Assembly (NCBI GenBank): GCA_018830005.1
Contig: JAHJTE010000001.1
Span: 1,332 to 65,331, forward strand
DNA length: 64,000 nucleotides
Origin: Candidatus Omnitrophota bacterium
Lineage (GTDB): Bacteria > Omnitrophota > Gorgyraeia > JAHJTE01
Direction of reading: 5' to 3'
This document shows, one piece after another, positions 41,292 through 49,765 of the stretch (the stretch's first letter is position 1; each line of letters starts with the position of its first letter). The notes under the pieces were generated by a model, which was given only the letters and a program-made list of their open reading frames with translations, had not been told where the DNA came from and ran no database searches. Made by a program: the position numbers and the translations under genes.

Positions 41292-43127
41292 ATGTGTGGG
41301 ATAGTTGGATATATCGGAGACAAAGAAGCGCAGCCGATTCTATTGGCCAGCTTAAAGCGCCTTGAATATCGCGGCTATGATTCAGCTGGTATTGCCCTCT
41401 TAAGCAATTCCAAGATTGTTATCAAAAAAAGACGCGGTAAGATCAGAGATTTAGAGCACTTACTTAAAGGCAGGCGCGCCTCTCGCGCAACCTTAGGTAT
41501 TGCCCATACTCGCTGGGCAACTCATGGCGCACCCAGCAATGTCAATGCCCACCCCCATTCTGATGGCTCAAGAAGGATTTCCTTGGTGCATAATGGCATT
41601 ATAGAAAACTACGCTCAAATTAAAAGTGAGTTATTGAAGAAGAAGCATAAGTTTACTTCAGAAACTGACACAGAGGTCATCTCCCATCTTATTGAAGAGA
41701 ACCTGAAGGAGTGTAAGGATTTTGTACAGGCAGTAAGATTAGCCCTTGCGCGTCTAAGGGGCTCTTATGCCTTGGCAATAATTAATTCTGACAATCCAGA
41801 TATGCTTGTTGTAGCACGCCTAAATTCACCACTGGTGATCGGTAAAGGAAGGTCCTGTAATTTTGTTGCCTCTGATGTCCAGCCTTTACTTAAATACACA
41901 AGAGAGGTAATGTATCTGGATGATAATGAGATGGCCGTTATTACCAAAGACGATATTAAGGTTACGGATTTAAAAGGCAAAGAAAAGGTAAAGCCAGTTA
42001 ATATTATTAAGTGGGACATAAAGGATGCCCAGCGTTCAGGCTTTGCCCATTTTATGCTTAAGGAGATTTACGAACAGCCTCAGGTTTCAACTCAGATTAT
42101 AACTAACCGCATAAATGAAAAGGGTGAAGTTCATTTCCAGGAAATGAAATTAGAAGATGAACACCTCAAAAATATTAACTCAATTACAATAGTTGCCTGT
42201 GGTACTGCTTATCATGCTGGCCTGGTTGGTAAATACATATTTGAGAAGCTAGCAAAGATACCGCTAAGCGTAGATCTATCAAGCGAATTTCGTTATCGGG
42301 ATACAGTCTTGGATAAAAACAGCTTGATTATCGCTATAAGTCAGTCAGGCGAGACTGCAGATACGCTAGCTGCGGTAAGACTTGCAAAAGATAAAGGCGC
42401 TAAGGTATTAGCAATATGCAATGTTGTAGGTTCTTCCTTAACCAGAGACGCAGATTCTACAATCTATACCTTGGCAGGGCCTGAGATTGGCGTGGCCTCA
42501 ACTAAGGCCTACACGGCTCAGGTTTTCTCTCTCTATTTACTGGGAATCTATTTAGCAAAAATTAAAGAGTCTATGCCAGCTGCGAAGATAAAAGGGCTTA
42601 TTAATGACCTTCGTAATATACCAACTCAACAAGAAGAAGTCTTAAGGGCAGATAGGCATATTAAAAGTATCGCTCGCAGACATTCTCATTTTGGTTCATT
42701 TCTGTTTTTGGGAAGAAACACAAATTATCCTTCAGCGCTAGAAGGGGCCCTGAAATTAAAAGAGATTTCTTATATCCCTGCTGAAGGCTATGCCGCAGGA
42801 GAGATGAAACACGGCCCCATTGCCTTAATCGATGAGTACCGCGCCGTAGTCTGTATTGCAGTTGATTCACGCATCTATGAAAAGATGATTTCCAATATTC
42901 AGGAAATACGTTCGCGGCGTGGCAGGATAATCATTATTGCCAGCGATCAAAATCGTGAGATTAAAGATTTTGCAAAAGAGATTATTTATATCCCCAAAGT
43001 AAATGAATTTTTGTCTCCGCTTTTAGTGGCACTGCCTTTACAGTTATTAGCCTACCACATTGCAGTCCGCCGCGGCTGTGATGTCGACCAACCGAGAAAT
43101 CTGGCAAAAAGCGTTACTGTTGAGTAA
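41292..43127 (+). CDS. glmS: Glutamine--fructose-6-phosphate aminotransferase
   Basis: MCGIVG, LEYRGYDSAG, HTRWATHG, SQSGETADT, PRNLAKSVTVE. Confidence 0.98.
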   Translation: MCGIVGYIGDKEAQPILLASLKRLEYRGYDSAGIALLSNSKIVIKKRRGKIRDLEHLLKGRRASRATLGIAHTRWATHGAPSNVNAHPHSDGSRRISLVHNGIIENYAQIKSELLKKKHKFTSETDTEVISHLIEENLKECKDFVQAVRLALARLRGSYALAIINSDNPDMLVVARLNSPLVIGKGRSCNFVASDVQPLLKYTREVMYLDDNEMAVITKDDIKVTDLKGKEKVKPVNIIKWDIKDAQRSGFAHFMLKEIYEQPQVSTQIITNRINEKGEVHFQEMKLEDEHLKNINSITIVACGTAYHAGLVGKYIFEKLAKIPLSVDLSSEFRYRDTVLDKNSLIIAISQSGETADTLAAVRLAKDKGAKVLAICNVVGSSLTRDADSTIYTLAGPEIGVASTKAYTAQVFSLYLLGIYLAKIKESMPAAKIKGLINDLRNIPTQQEEVLRADRHIKSIARRHSHFGSFLFLGRNTNYPSALEGALKLKEISYIPAEGYAAGEMKHGPIALIDEYRAVVCIAVDSRIYEKMISNIQEIRSRRGRIIIIASDQNREIKDFAKEIIYIPKVNEFLSPLLVALPLQLLAYHIAVRRGCDVDQPRNLAKSVTVE

Positions 43128-43129
43128 AC

Positions 43130-43795
43130 ATGCTATACGTTGTTTCTACCCCAATTGGAAATCTCAAAGATATAACCTTGCGCGCAGTAGATATTTTAAG
43201 TAAAGCAGATTTTATAGCCTGCGAAGATACGCGTCATACGAATAAACTTCTTGCGCATTACAATATTAAAAAGCCGCTTATAAGCTACCACAGTTATAAT
43301 AAGCAAAAAAGTAGCGAGGAGATTCTAAAAAAGTTAAAGGCAGGAAGCTGTATTGCCTTAGTAACTGATAGTGGCACCCCGGGTGTAAATGACCCTGGCT
43401 GGTTGATCATAAAAAAGGTGATAGACGCAGGATTGCCACTTGAGGCCATACCTGGTGTGAGTGCATTTCTTGCAGCCTTAAGCATTTCCGGAATGCCGAC
43501 AGATAAATTCTTTTTTGCCGGATTTCTATCTTCAAAGTCCGGCCGCCGCAGAGGTCAAATTGAGAATTTGGCTAAGGTAGAGGCAACGATTATAATCTAT
43601 GAAGCGCCTCACCGCATCATTAAGTTACTCAAAGATTTACTCGATTGCCTGGGTGATGCAGATATTGTTTTGGCTAGAGAGTTAACCAAGAAATTCGAAG
43701 AAGTAAGACGCGAGAAGATAAGCACAAGCTTGAGGCATTTTAGTGAAGTCAGGCCAAGGGGAGAGTTTGTTGTAATCTTTAGGCCATCAAATTAA
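43130..43795 (+). CDS. rsmI: 16S rRNA (cytidine1402-2'-O)-methyltransferase
   Basis: LYVVSTPIGNL.DIT, CEDTR, DSGTP..DPG, YEAPHR, RELTKKFEE. Confidence 0.95.
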   Translation: MLYVVSTPIGNLKDITLRAVDILSKADFIACEDTRHTNKLLAHYNIKKPLISYHSYNKQKSSEEILKKLKAGSCIALVTDSGTPGVNDPGWLIIKKVIDAGLPLEAIPGVSAFLAALSISGMPTDKFFFAGFLSSKSGRRRGQIENLAKVEATIIIYEAPHRIIKLLKDLLDCLGDADIVLARELTKKFEEVRREKISTSLRHFSEVRPRGEFVVIFRPSN

Positions 43796-43814
43796 GACAT
43801 ACAGGCATATAAAT

Positions 43815-43849
43815 AAAAAACCACAGGTATGTTTTTGCCTGTGGTTTTT
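43815..43849. terminator. Bidirectional intrinsic terminator
   Basis: AAAAAACCACAGG...CCTGTGGTTTTT between convergent genes. Confidence 0.85.
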
Positions 43850-43860
43850 AACTAACTAGA

Positions 43861-44448
43861 TTAGCGGACTAAGCGTTCAGTCGCATCGTCCAATTCCTCG
43901 TCATCATCTGGATTCGTAGCTGGACCAGTAATTGCATCATCACCTATTTCATTAATTACACCTGAGAAGATCGCATCTGGATCTGATACGTCTTCTTCTT
44001 GCTCTTCCTCTTCTTCTTGCTCTTCTTCTTGTACCTCTTCAGCTGCAACGAATTCTAATGAGCCAATGTTCTTCTCATCAGCATCCTCGTTGTCTTCTTC
44101 TGTCTCTTCTGTTGTACTCTCCTCTGTCTCTGTTCTGTCTTCAGGAGGAGCAACATTTGTTGTAGTGGAAGTGTTACCAAGAGTGGTGAACTCTCCTATA
44201 TCGTCAATGCCTTCTGTGTTTTCGAAAGAAGAGTATGATACCCTGTCACTTACCTCTTCCAATATTTCTTGACGCCATGCTTCTTGGCGTTCTTGCTTCA
44301 TCTGTTCGCGTAGAATCTCTCTAGAAAATTCTGAGGTACCACCGCTGGCCTCATAGTTTTCAACGCTATCAAACCAATCTGCATAGGCTGCGCTTGTAAA
44401 CAGACAACCAACGCCGACCATTAATAGATAAAGGATATATTTTTTCAT
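43861..44448 (-). CDS. Secreted, highly acidic low-complexity protein
   Basis: Sec signal peptide ending AYA; about one third Asp/Glu; SD AAGAGGTG. Confidence 0.85.
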   Translation of the reverse strand: MKKYILYLLMVGVGCLFTSAAYADWFDSVENYEASGGTSEFSREILREQMKQERQEAWRQEILEEVSDRVSYSSFENTEGIDDIGEFTTLGNTSTTTNVAPPEDRTETEESTTEETEEDNEDADEKNIGSLEFVAAEEVQEEEQEEEEEQEEDVSDPDAIFSGVINEIGDDAITGPATNPDDDEELDDATERLVR

Positions 44449-44464
44449 CTTAGCACCTCTTTTA

Positions 44465-44500
44465 AATAAAAAACCTATTCTCCGTTTGAGAATAGGTTTC
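44465..44500 (-). terminator. Intrinsic terminator in the riboswitch expression platform
   Basis: Minus strand AAACCTATTCTC-AAACG-GAGAATAGGTTT followed by TTTATTT, upstream of the SD. Confidence 0.75.
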
Positions 44501-44506
44501 TATTAT

Positions 44507-44592
44507 GCATTCGGTAGCCAGACTATCCTAAAGTCTTTTAGGACCCTCAGCTTTGCGCCTACCCCTTACGGAGTGTTTGCCGTTTCGTGCTG
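44507..44592 (-). ncRNA. c-di-GMP-I (GEMM) riboswitch
   Basis: GGCAAAC-ACTCC-GTAA-GGGGT-AGGCGCAAAGCT...TCCTAA...TTAGGATAG...GGCTACCG: GNRA tetraloop, GCAAAG junction, receptor-like CCTAA. Confidence 0.9.
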
Positions 44593-44614
44593 CTAACCTT
44601 TAATTGTCAATTAA

Positions 44615-44643
44615 AGTATACCATAGAAAGCCTCAGAGTGCCA
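44615..44643 (-). promoter_or_regulatory. Promoter upstream of the riboswitch
   Basis: TGGCAC-17 bp-TATACT with TGn extended -10. Confidence 0.55.
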
Positions 44644-44706
44644 TTTTTATTACTATTGTAACGCGTTATATTGTAATAAGTTATATAAATAAAAAAGATT
44701 GGATAA

Positions 44707-46149
44707 TTAGAATGTTATTCTGAAGCGGCTGTAGAAGTATTTAGTGTTGTTATTTGTTGTGGTAGGGTAGGCATCGCCAGGAAAGAAGATCCCATAGCGG
44801 TTTGACCAGAAAATGTTTTTTCTCAGTTTCCAATAGAAGTAGAAATCTGCTTCTTGCCCAATGTCTAGATTGCTTACTGTAGCATCCGTATCATATATGC
44901 CGCCTGCCTTTTTGTCTTTGCGATATCTGAAGTATTTTAGACCGCAGACAATCTCCTTGCCAAACTTAAGCTTTTCGAAAGGCGCAAATGTGCAGTCTAG
45001 TTTGTATATATGCATATTTGACAGGCGCGGCGCAAGGGCATAGCCAGAAAAGAAACTGCCAAAATATGAGAAGTTTGTATCATTCCCATAAAGATTACCG
45101 CCAGAGCGTGTATCGGTTACGCTTGAGCGATCTTTATCTCCTGAGGCATAAGCATATTCTAGTTCAATGCGGGGCTTAAGAGGCATTTTTAATGTGTAAT
45201 TAAGGCCGCAGTTAGCCAGCCAGGCATCAATGCGTTTTTCTTCTAGGTCTACAGAGGCAGTATCTGTGTAGCTCGAACCTTCTTCTTTGATTACCTCTAG
45301 CCAGTAAGCTAATTTACTCTTGGGGTTATTGCTCTGCAGGCCAAGGCCGTAATATTCACTGTTGTACCTGTAGCTTTGGCTGGGTGTTTCGGGCGGAAAG
45401 CGTGCATTCTTGTCTTTCTGGATGAGCAAGAAGCCATAGGCGATATTATTTTTAATACCAGAATAGGCAAGCTCTAGGCCGGCGAAGATGCGATCGTTGG
45501 TCTTATTATAATTAGGCACACTTTGGTCGATGTTGTATTCATTTTCACCCGAGATAGATGTGAATGTTTTAAGATACAAGATATTTTTGATGTCGGTTTT
45601 ATATTTTATACCATAATGTACGTTGCTATATGCTATGCCCCTTCCAACAAATAGATATTGCCGGCCAAGGGTTAAGTCTAAAGGAATGCTCCAGTCTTTT
45701 TTCGAGATATTGATATAGGCCATATCCAGATGCGGCCCATCATAATCGCTGGAGTAACTGGTTGAACGCGCGCTTGTATCCCGACGTGTATAGCTGTGTT
45801 TTAGACGCAGATACAGAGAGTAGTCTTTACGATAGTTGATTCTTGACCAGAGGCGCAGGTCTTGATACCAATTCCAGGAAACAAGGTCTTTGTCAGCAGC
45901 ATTATTATCAGTATCAGTGTAATCTCTGAATATGGAGTTAAACCAGCCCCCTAGTTTGGCTGACCATATTTTTTCTATAGGCGGAGGCTTAATGACTACT
46001 TCTTTTAATTCGCGAGTTGTTTCTTCTTCTATAAGTTTATCTTCTTCTGTGCTTTCAGGGGTAGCGCTCTGGGCCGAGCAATGCAGGCTACTGCAAAGTA
46101 ATAGGATTAGGGAGATTATTGTAGATAGAAAAATGTATTTTTTAGTCAT
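44707..46149 (-). CDS. Outer-membrane beta-barrel, alginate-export (AlgE-like) family
   Basis: Signal peptide, alternating beta-strands, LDMAY...DLTLGRQ...G.G, YAYASGD, IGQEAD, terminal Phe. Confidence 0.75.
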   Translation of the reverse strand: MTKKYIFLSTIISLILLLCSSLHCSAQSATPESTEEDKLIEEETTRELKEVVIKPPPIEKIWSAKLGGWFNSIFRDYTDTDNNAADKDLVSWNWYQDLRLWSRINYRKDYSLYLRLKHSYTRRDTSARSTSYSSDYDGPHLDMAYINISKKDWSIPLDLTLGRQYLFVGRGIAYSNVHYGIKYKTDIKNILYLKTFTSISGENEYNIDQSVPNYNKTNDRIFAGLELAYSGIKNNIAYGFLLIQKDKNARFPPETPSQSYRYNSEYYGLGLQSNNPKSKLAYWLEVIKEEGSSYTDTASVDLEEKRIDAWLANCGLNYTLKMPLKPRIELEYAYASGDKDRSSVTDTRSGGNLYGNDTNFSYFGSFFSGYALAPRLSNMHIYKLDCTFAPFEKLKFGKEIVCGLKYFRYRKDKKAGGIYDTDATVSNLDIGQEADFYFYWKLRKNIFWSNRYGIFFPGDAYPTTTNNNTKYFYSRFRITF

Positions 46150-46200
46150 TTCTAGAAAATATCTTATAATAGTCTGGCCAATCCGTCAATGCATTTTTGC

Positions 46201-46229
46201 TTGACAATGGCCTAAGGGGGTGATATAGT
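46201..46229 (+). promoter_or_regulatory. pyr operon promoter
   Basis: TTGACA-17 bp-TATAGT. Confidence 0.8.
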
Positions 46230-46241
46230 AAGAAAACTTAA

Positions 46242-46272
46242 CCTTTAAGTTGGCCCAGAGAGGCCAGCAAGG
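46242..46272 (+). ncRNA. PyrR binding site (pyr attenuator)
   Basis: CCTTTAAGTTGGCCCAGAGAGGCCAGCAAGG matches CUUUAA...CCNGNGAGG; directly upstream of pyrR. Confidence 0.88.
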
Positions 46273-46307
46273 AAGATGGAAAATGAACCTAGAAAGGAAC
46301 AAATGTA

Positions 46308-46366
46308 CCCTTGGCAGTCTTTGTGTGTCTAACGTGTTCTGACACAGGAAGGTCAAGGGATTTTTT
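46308..46366 (+). terminator. Attenuator terminator in the pyrR leader
   Basis: CCCTTGGC...GTGTC...GACAC...GTCAAGGG followed by ATTTTTT. Confidence 0.7.
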
Positions 46367-46389
46367 ATGCCTTCCAAGGAGAGGATTTT

Positions 46390-46950
46390 ATGATGAGTGA
46401 GCTTAAGGTCAAGGCCAAGATACTGGATAAGGATTCGATGCAGCGCATATTAAAGCGCCTGGCACACGAGATTATAGAGAAGAATAGCCAATGCAAGGAT
46501 AATCTATGTCTTATAGGCATACGTACGCGGGGTGTTTATGTGGCTGAAAGAATCAACTCTGAAATTGAAAAGATTATTGGCGTGAAATTGCCATTCGGGA
46601 TATTGGATATTACGCTTTATCGAGATGATTTGACGCTAGTTGGGCCTAGCCCGATTGTCAGAAAGACTCAAATCGATTTTGGCCTGGAAGATAAAAAGGT
46701 CATTTTGGTTGATGATGTTTTGTTTTCAGGCAGAACCATAAGGGCAGCCATGGATGAGCTGATAGACTTTGGCAGGCCCAAGGTCATAGGACTGGCTGTG
46801 CTTATTGACCGTGGCCACAGGGAATTGCCCATCCGGGCAGATTATGTTGGTAAGAATATCCCGACCTCCTTGCAGGAAATAGTGGAAGTGCGTCTGGAAG
46901 AGATTGACGCTAAAGATGAAGTAGTGGTTGTAGAGAAAAAGGCAGGCTAG
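46390..46950 (+). CDS. pyrR: Bifunctional pyrimidine regulator / uracil phosphoribosyltransferase
   Basis: AHEIIE, GIRTRG, LDITLYRDD, LVDDVLFSGRT, DRGHRELPI. Confidence 0.96.
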   Translation: MMSELKVKAKILDKDSMQRILKRLAHEIIEKNSQCKDNLCLIGIRTRGVYVAERINSEIEKIIGVKLPFGILDITLYRDDLTLVGPSPIVRKTQIDFGLEDKKVILVDDVLFSGRTIRAAMDELIDFGRPKVIGLAVLIDRGHRELPIRADYVGKNIPTSLQEIVEVRLEEIDAKDEVVVVEKKAG

Positions 46951-46953
46951 ATA

Positions 46954-47886
46954 ATGACCTGGACAAGAAAAGATTTACTAGGCCTGGAAGATTTAAGCCC
47001 AGAAGAAATCAAATTTATTTTAACTACTGTGGAGTCGTTTAAAGAGGTTTCCACCCGGGCTATTAAAAAGGTGCCTGCACTGCGGGGAAAGACAGTAGTA
47101 AATTTGTTTTACGAGCCCTCTACCAGGACAAGGGTGTCTTTCGAAGTAGCTGCCAAAAGGTTATCTGCAGATGTAATCAATATAGATATTGAGACCTCTA
47201 GCATCAAAAAAGGCGAGACCTTGATTGACACAGGAAAGAATATCCAGGCCTTAAACGCAGACATTATTATCATAAGACATTCTTGTTCAGGCGCAGCGAT
47301 GTTATTGGCGAAGCATGTAGATATCAGCGTGGTTAATGCTGGTGATGGTCGGCATGAGCATCCGACGCAGGCGCTGCTAGACATTTATACCTTGCAGGAA
47401 AAATTTGGCAGAATCGAAGGATTAAATGTAAGTATTGTCGGAGATATTGCTCATTCGCGCGTAGCACGTTCAAATATCTGGGGTCTAACCAAATTAGGCG
47501 CTAAGGTAACAGTTTGCGCTCCCAGGATGCTTATTCCACCTGCTATAGAACAGATAGGAGTGCGCGTAACCCACGATATAGATGATGCCTTGAAAAAAGC
47601 AGATGCAGTGAATGTCTTGCGTATGCAGTTTGAACGTGACGAAGAAGGTGCCTTTCCTAAACAAATAGAATATTTTAGGAATTTTGGCATAACGAGTGAA
47701 AGGCTAAAGCGGGCAAAAAAGAATATTCTCCTCATGCATCCAGGACCATTAAATCGAGGCACTGAGATATCTAGTGAAGTTGCAGATGGCCCTAATTCCG
47801 TCATATTAGAGCAGGTTACCAATGGTATTGCAGTAAGGATGGCAGTGTTGTTTTTGGTATCACAAGGCGCTACGAAATCGCGCTAG
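46954..47886 (+). CDS. pyrB: Aspartate carbamoyltransferase catalytic subunit
   Basis: FYEPSTRTR.SF, NAGDG.HEHPTQ, MHPGP. Confidence 0.97.
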   Translation: MTWTRKDLLGLEDLSPEEIKFILTTVESFKEVSTRAIKKVPALRGKTVVNLFYEPSTRTRVSFEVAAKRLSADVINIDIETSSIKKGETLIDTGKNIQALNADIIIIRHSCSGAAMLLAKHVDISVVNAGDGRHEHPTQALLDIYTLQEKFGRIEGLNVSIVGDIAHSRVARSNIWGLTKLGAKVTVCAPRMLIPPAIEQIGVRVTHDIDDALKKADAVNVLRMQFERDEEGAFPKQIEYFRNFGITSERLKRAKKNILLMHPGPLNRGTEISSEVADGPNSVILEQVTNGIAVRMAVLFLVSQGATKSR

Positions 47887-47996
47887 CGATTTCATAGCAC
47901 TAGTCCTGCAGAATTTTTTCCTTCGAAATTCAAAGAATTTCAAAGGACTAAAGTACCCGAAATTTATTTGAAATTTCAGGGTGCAAATTCTGTAGG
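47869..47996. repeat. Nested inverted-repeat element (GAAATTY family)
   Basis: One hairpin plus a three-way junction: CCTGCAGAATTT/AAATTCTGTAGG enclosing two GAAATTY...RAATTTC hairpins. Confidence 0.65.
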
Positions 47997-48021
47997 GCAA
48001 AGAGAAAAGAAAAGCATCACG

Positions 48022-49299
48022 ATGAAACTATTAATCAAAAATGGCCATGTAGTTGATCCGGCAAATAAGATAGATGATATTCTAGATATCTTGATAGATG
48101 CTAATAAGATATCTCTGGTTGGCAAAGATATCAAGGCAAGTGTTGATAAAACAATAGATGCCACTAAAAGAATAGTTATGCCGGGAATTATAGATATGCA
48201 TGTACATTTACGTGAACCCGGCAGAGAAGATAAAGAGACGATTGCTTCAGGCACACTGGCAGCCTTAAAAGGCGGAATCACTTCTGTCTTGGCTATGCCA
48301 AATACTCAAATTCCTATTGATTGCAGCCAGAATCTGAAGTTGCTAAAAAGTATTATTAAAAAAACCAGCCATGCAAATGTATTAATTGCCGCAGCAATTA
48401 CCAAGGCACGCCAAGGTAAAGAGCTTACTGAAATTTCCCAATTGAAAAAAGAAGGCATACTCGCGATTACAGATGACGGTGCATCAGTAGATGATGAGAG
48501 GTTAATGTCAGAGGCGCTAAAACAAGCTATGAAGCATAAAGTTTTAGTAATTTGTCATTGTGAAGATGTATCAATATCTAAGGATGGCGTAATTAATCTG
48601 GGGTTTATTTCAACACGTCTGGGTTTGAGGGGGGTATCTTGCGAGTCAGAATATAGGAGGGTCAGGCGTGATATCCAATTGGCAGAAAAATTAGGGGCAT
48701 CTATTCATATTGCACACGTAAGTTGTAAAGAATCCGTAGAGATTATTGCTAAGGCTAAAAAAAAGAGCCTCAGACTAAGCGCAGAAACTGCACCGCATTA
48801 CTTTTCTTTTAGCGAAGAAGACCTACTAGGATATAATACTAACATGAAGGTGAATCCGCCGCTACGAAGCAAAGAAGACGTTGTTGAGATAAAACAAGGA
48901 TTAAAAAGCGGTGTCATTGATGTTATTGCCTCTGATCACGCACCTCATACTGACAATGAGAAGATAATAGAATTTGAACGTGCAGAATTTGGGGCAATTG
49001 GCCTAGAGACAGAATTAGCTGCCTCCATTACTGAGCTAGTGGATCAAGGCATCTTGAATTGGACGCAGTTAGTGCAGAAATTTACAGTTAATCCAGCAAA
49101 GATTTTAGGAATTGATAGAGGCACATTAGGAAAAGGCGCTATCGCTGATATAATCATTGTAGATACTGAAAGAGAATGGACTGTAGAAAGCAAGGATTTC
49201 CTCTCCAGGTCTAAGAATTCTCCTTTTATTGGTCGCAGGCTAAAAGGCATTGTTGAGCTTACTATTTTAAATGGTAAGATTGCTTATAATCGGTGCTAA
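48022..49299 (+). CDS. pyrC: Dihydroorotase
   Basis: PGIIDMHVHLREPG, AMPNT, KVNPPLR, ASDHAPH; ATG 48022 preferred. Confidence 0.96.
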   Translation: MKLLIKNGHVVDPANKIDDILDILIDANKISLVGKDIKASVDKTIDATKRIVMPGIIDMHVHLREPGREDKETIASGTLAALKGGITSVLAMPNTQIPIDCSQNLKLLKSIIKKTSHANVLIAAAITKARQGKELTEISQLKKEGILAITDDGASVDDERLMSEALKQAMKHKVLVICHCEDVSISKDGVINLGFISTRLGLRGVSCESEYRRVRRDIQLAEKLGASIHIAHVSCKESVEIIAKAKKKSLRLSAETAPHYFSFSEEDLLGYNTNMKVNPPLRSKEDVVEIKQGLKSGVIDVIASDHAPHTDNEKIIEFERAEFGAIGLETELAASITELVDQGILNWTQLVQKFTVNPAKILGIDRGTLGKGAIADIIIVDTEREWTVESKDFLSRSKNSPFIGRRLKGIVELTILNGKIAYNRC

Positions 49300-49312
49300 T
49301 CTGCGAAAGATC

Positions 49313-49765
49313 ATGAAGTTTGTAGTGACAAAGGAATTAGGAAAACTGGCAAAGTGGTTGCGGATTTTTGGGTTTGACACTATTTACTTTAAGGAAGCCA
49401 CTTTTAGTACAGTATTAATTATTGCATTTCAGGAAGACAGGATTATCCTAACCAGAAACACCAAAATCGGCGTACATTCTGGAGTGCGGATTATTACAAT
49501 CAAAAGCAATAATTTGGCTGAGCAGCTTAATCAGGTTTTTAGAGAGCTAAAATCCAAGCCGCAGAAAGAGAAGATGTTTAGCCGTTGTATTCTTTGCAAC
49601 GAAGAATTAAGCCACATTGCTAAAGAAAAAATTAAGAAAAAAGTACCTGAATATGTTTATAAAACGCAAAGCTCATTTGTAGCCTGCCCTGAATGCAAAC
49701 GCGTATATTGGCAAGGAACACATTGGGGTAAAGTAGAGGAAGCACTGCATGCAATTCGTAGCTGA
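49313..49765 (+). CDS. Mut7-C RNase (PIN-like) domain protein
   Basis: LGKLAKWLRIFGFDT, RIILTR, SRC..CN, CPECKRVYWQGTHW; ATG 49313 preferred. Confidence 0.9.
   Translation: MKFVVTKELGKLAKWLRIFGFDTIYFKEATFSTVLIIAFQEDRIILTRNTKIGVHSGVRIITIKSNNLAEQLNQVFRELKSKPQKEKMFSRCILCNEELSHIAKEKIKKKVPEYVYKTQSSFVACPECKRVYWQGTHWGKVEEALHAIRS

Noticed and set aside
43990-44140. TCT/TTC-rich tandem repeats
   Set aside because: They are the Glu-rich codons of the acidic protein, not an independent repeat array
44629-44643. Sigma54 promoter at TGGCAC
   Set aside because: GG-to-GC spacing is 9 nt rather than 10; a sigma70 extended -10 fits better
46186-46377. 63-aa minus-strand ORF
   Set aside because: Antisense to the pyr promoter and PyrR attenuator
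47968-48021. N-terminal extensions of pyrC, and similarly of ORFs at 52247, 53535, 54586, 56098 and 59421
   Set aside because: Extensions run through hairpins, tRNA or upstream genes; downstream ATGs fit family N-termini or SD sites
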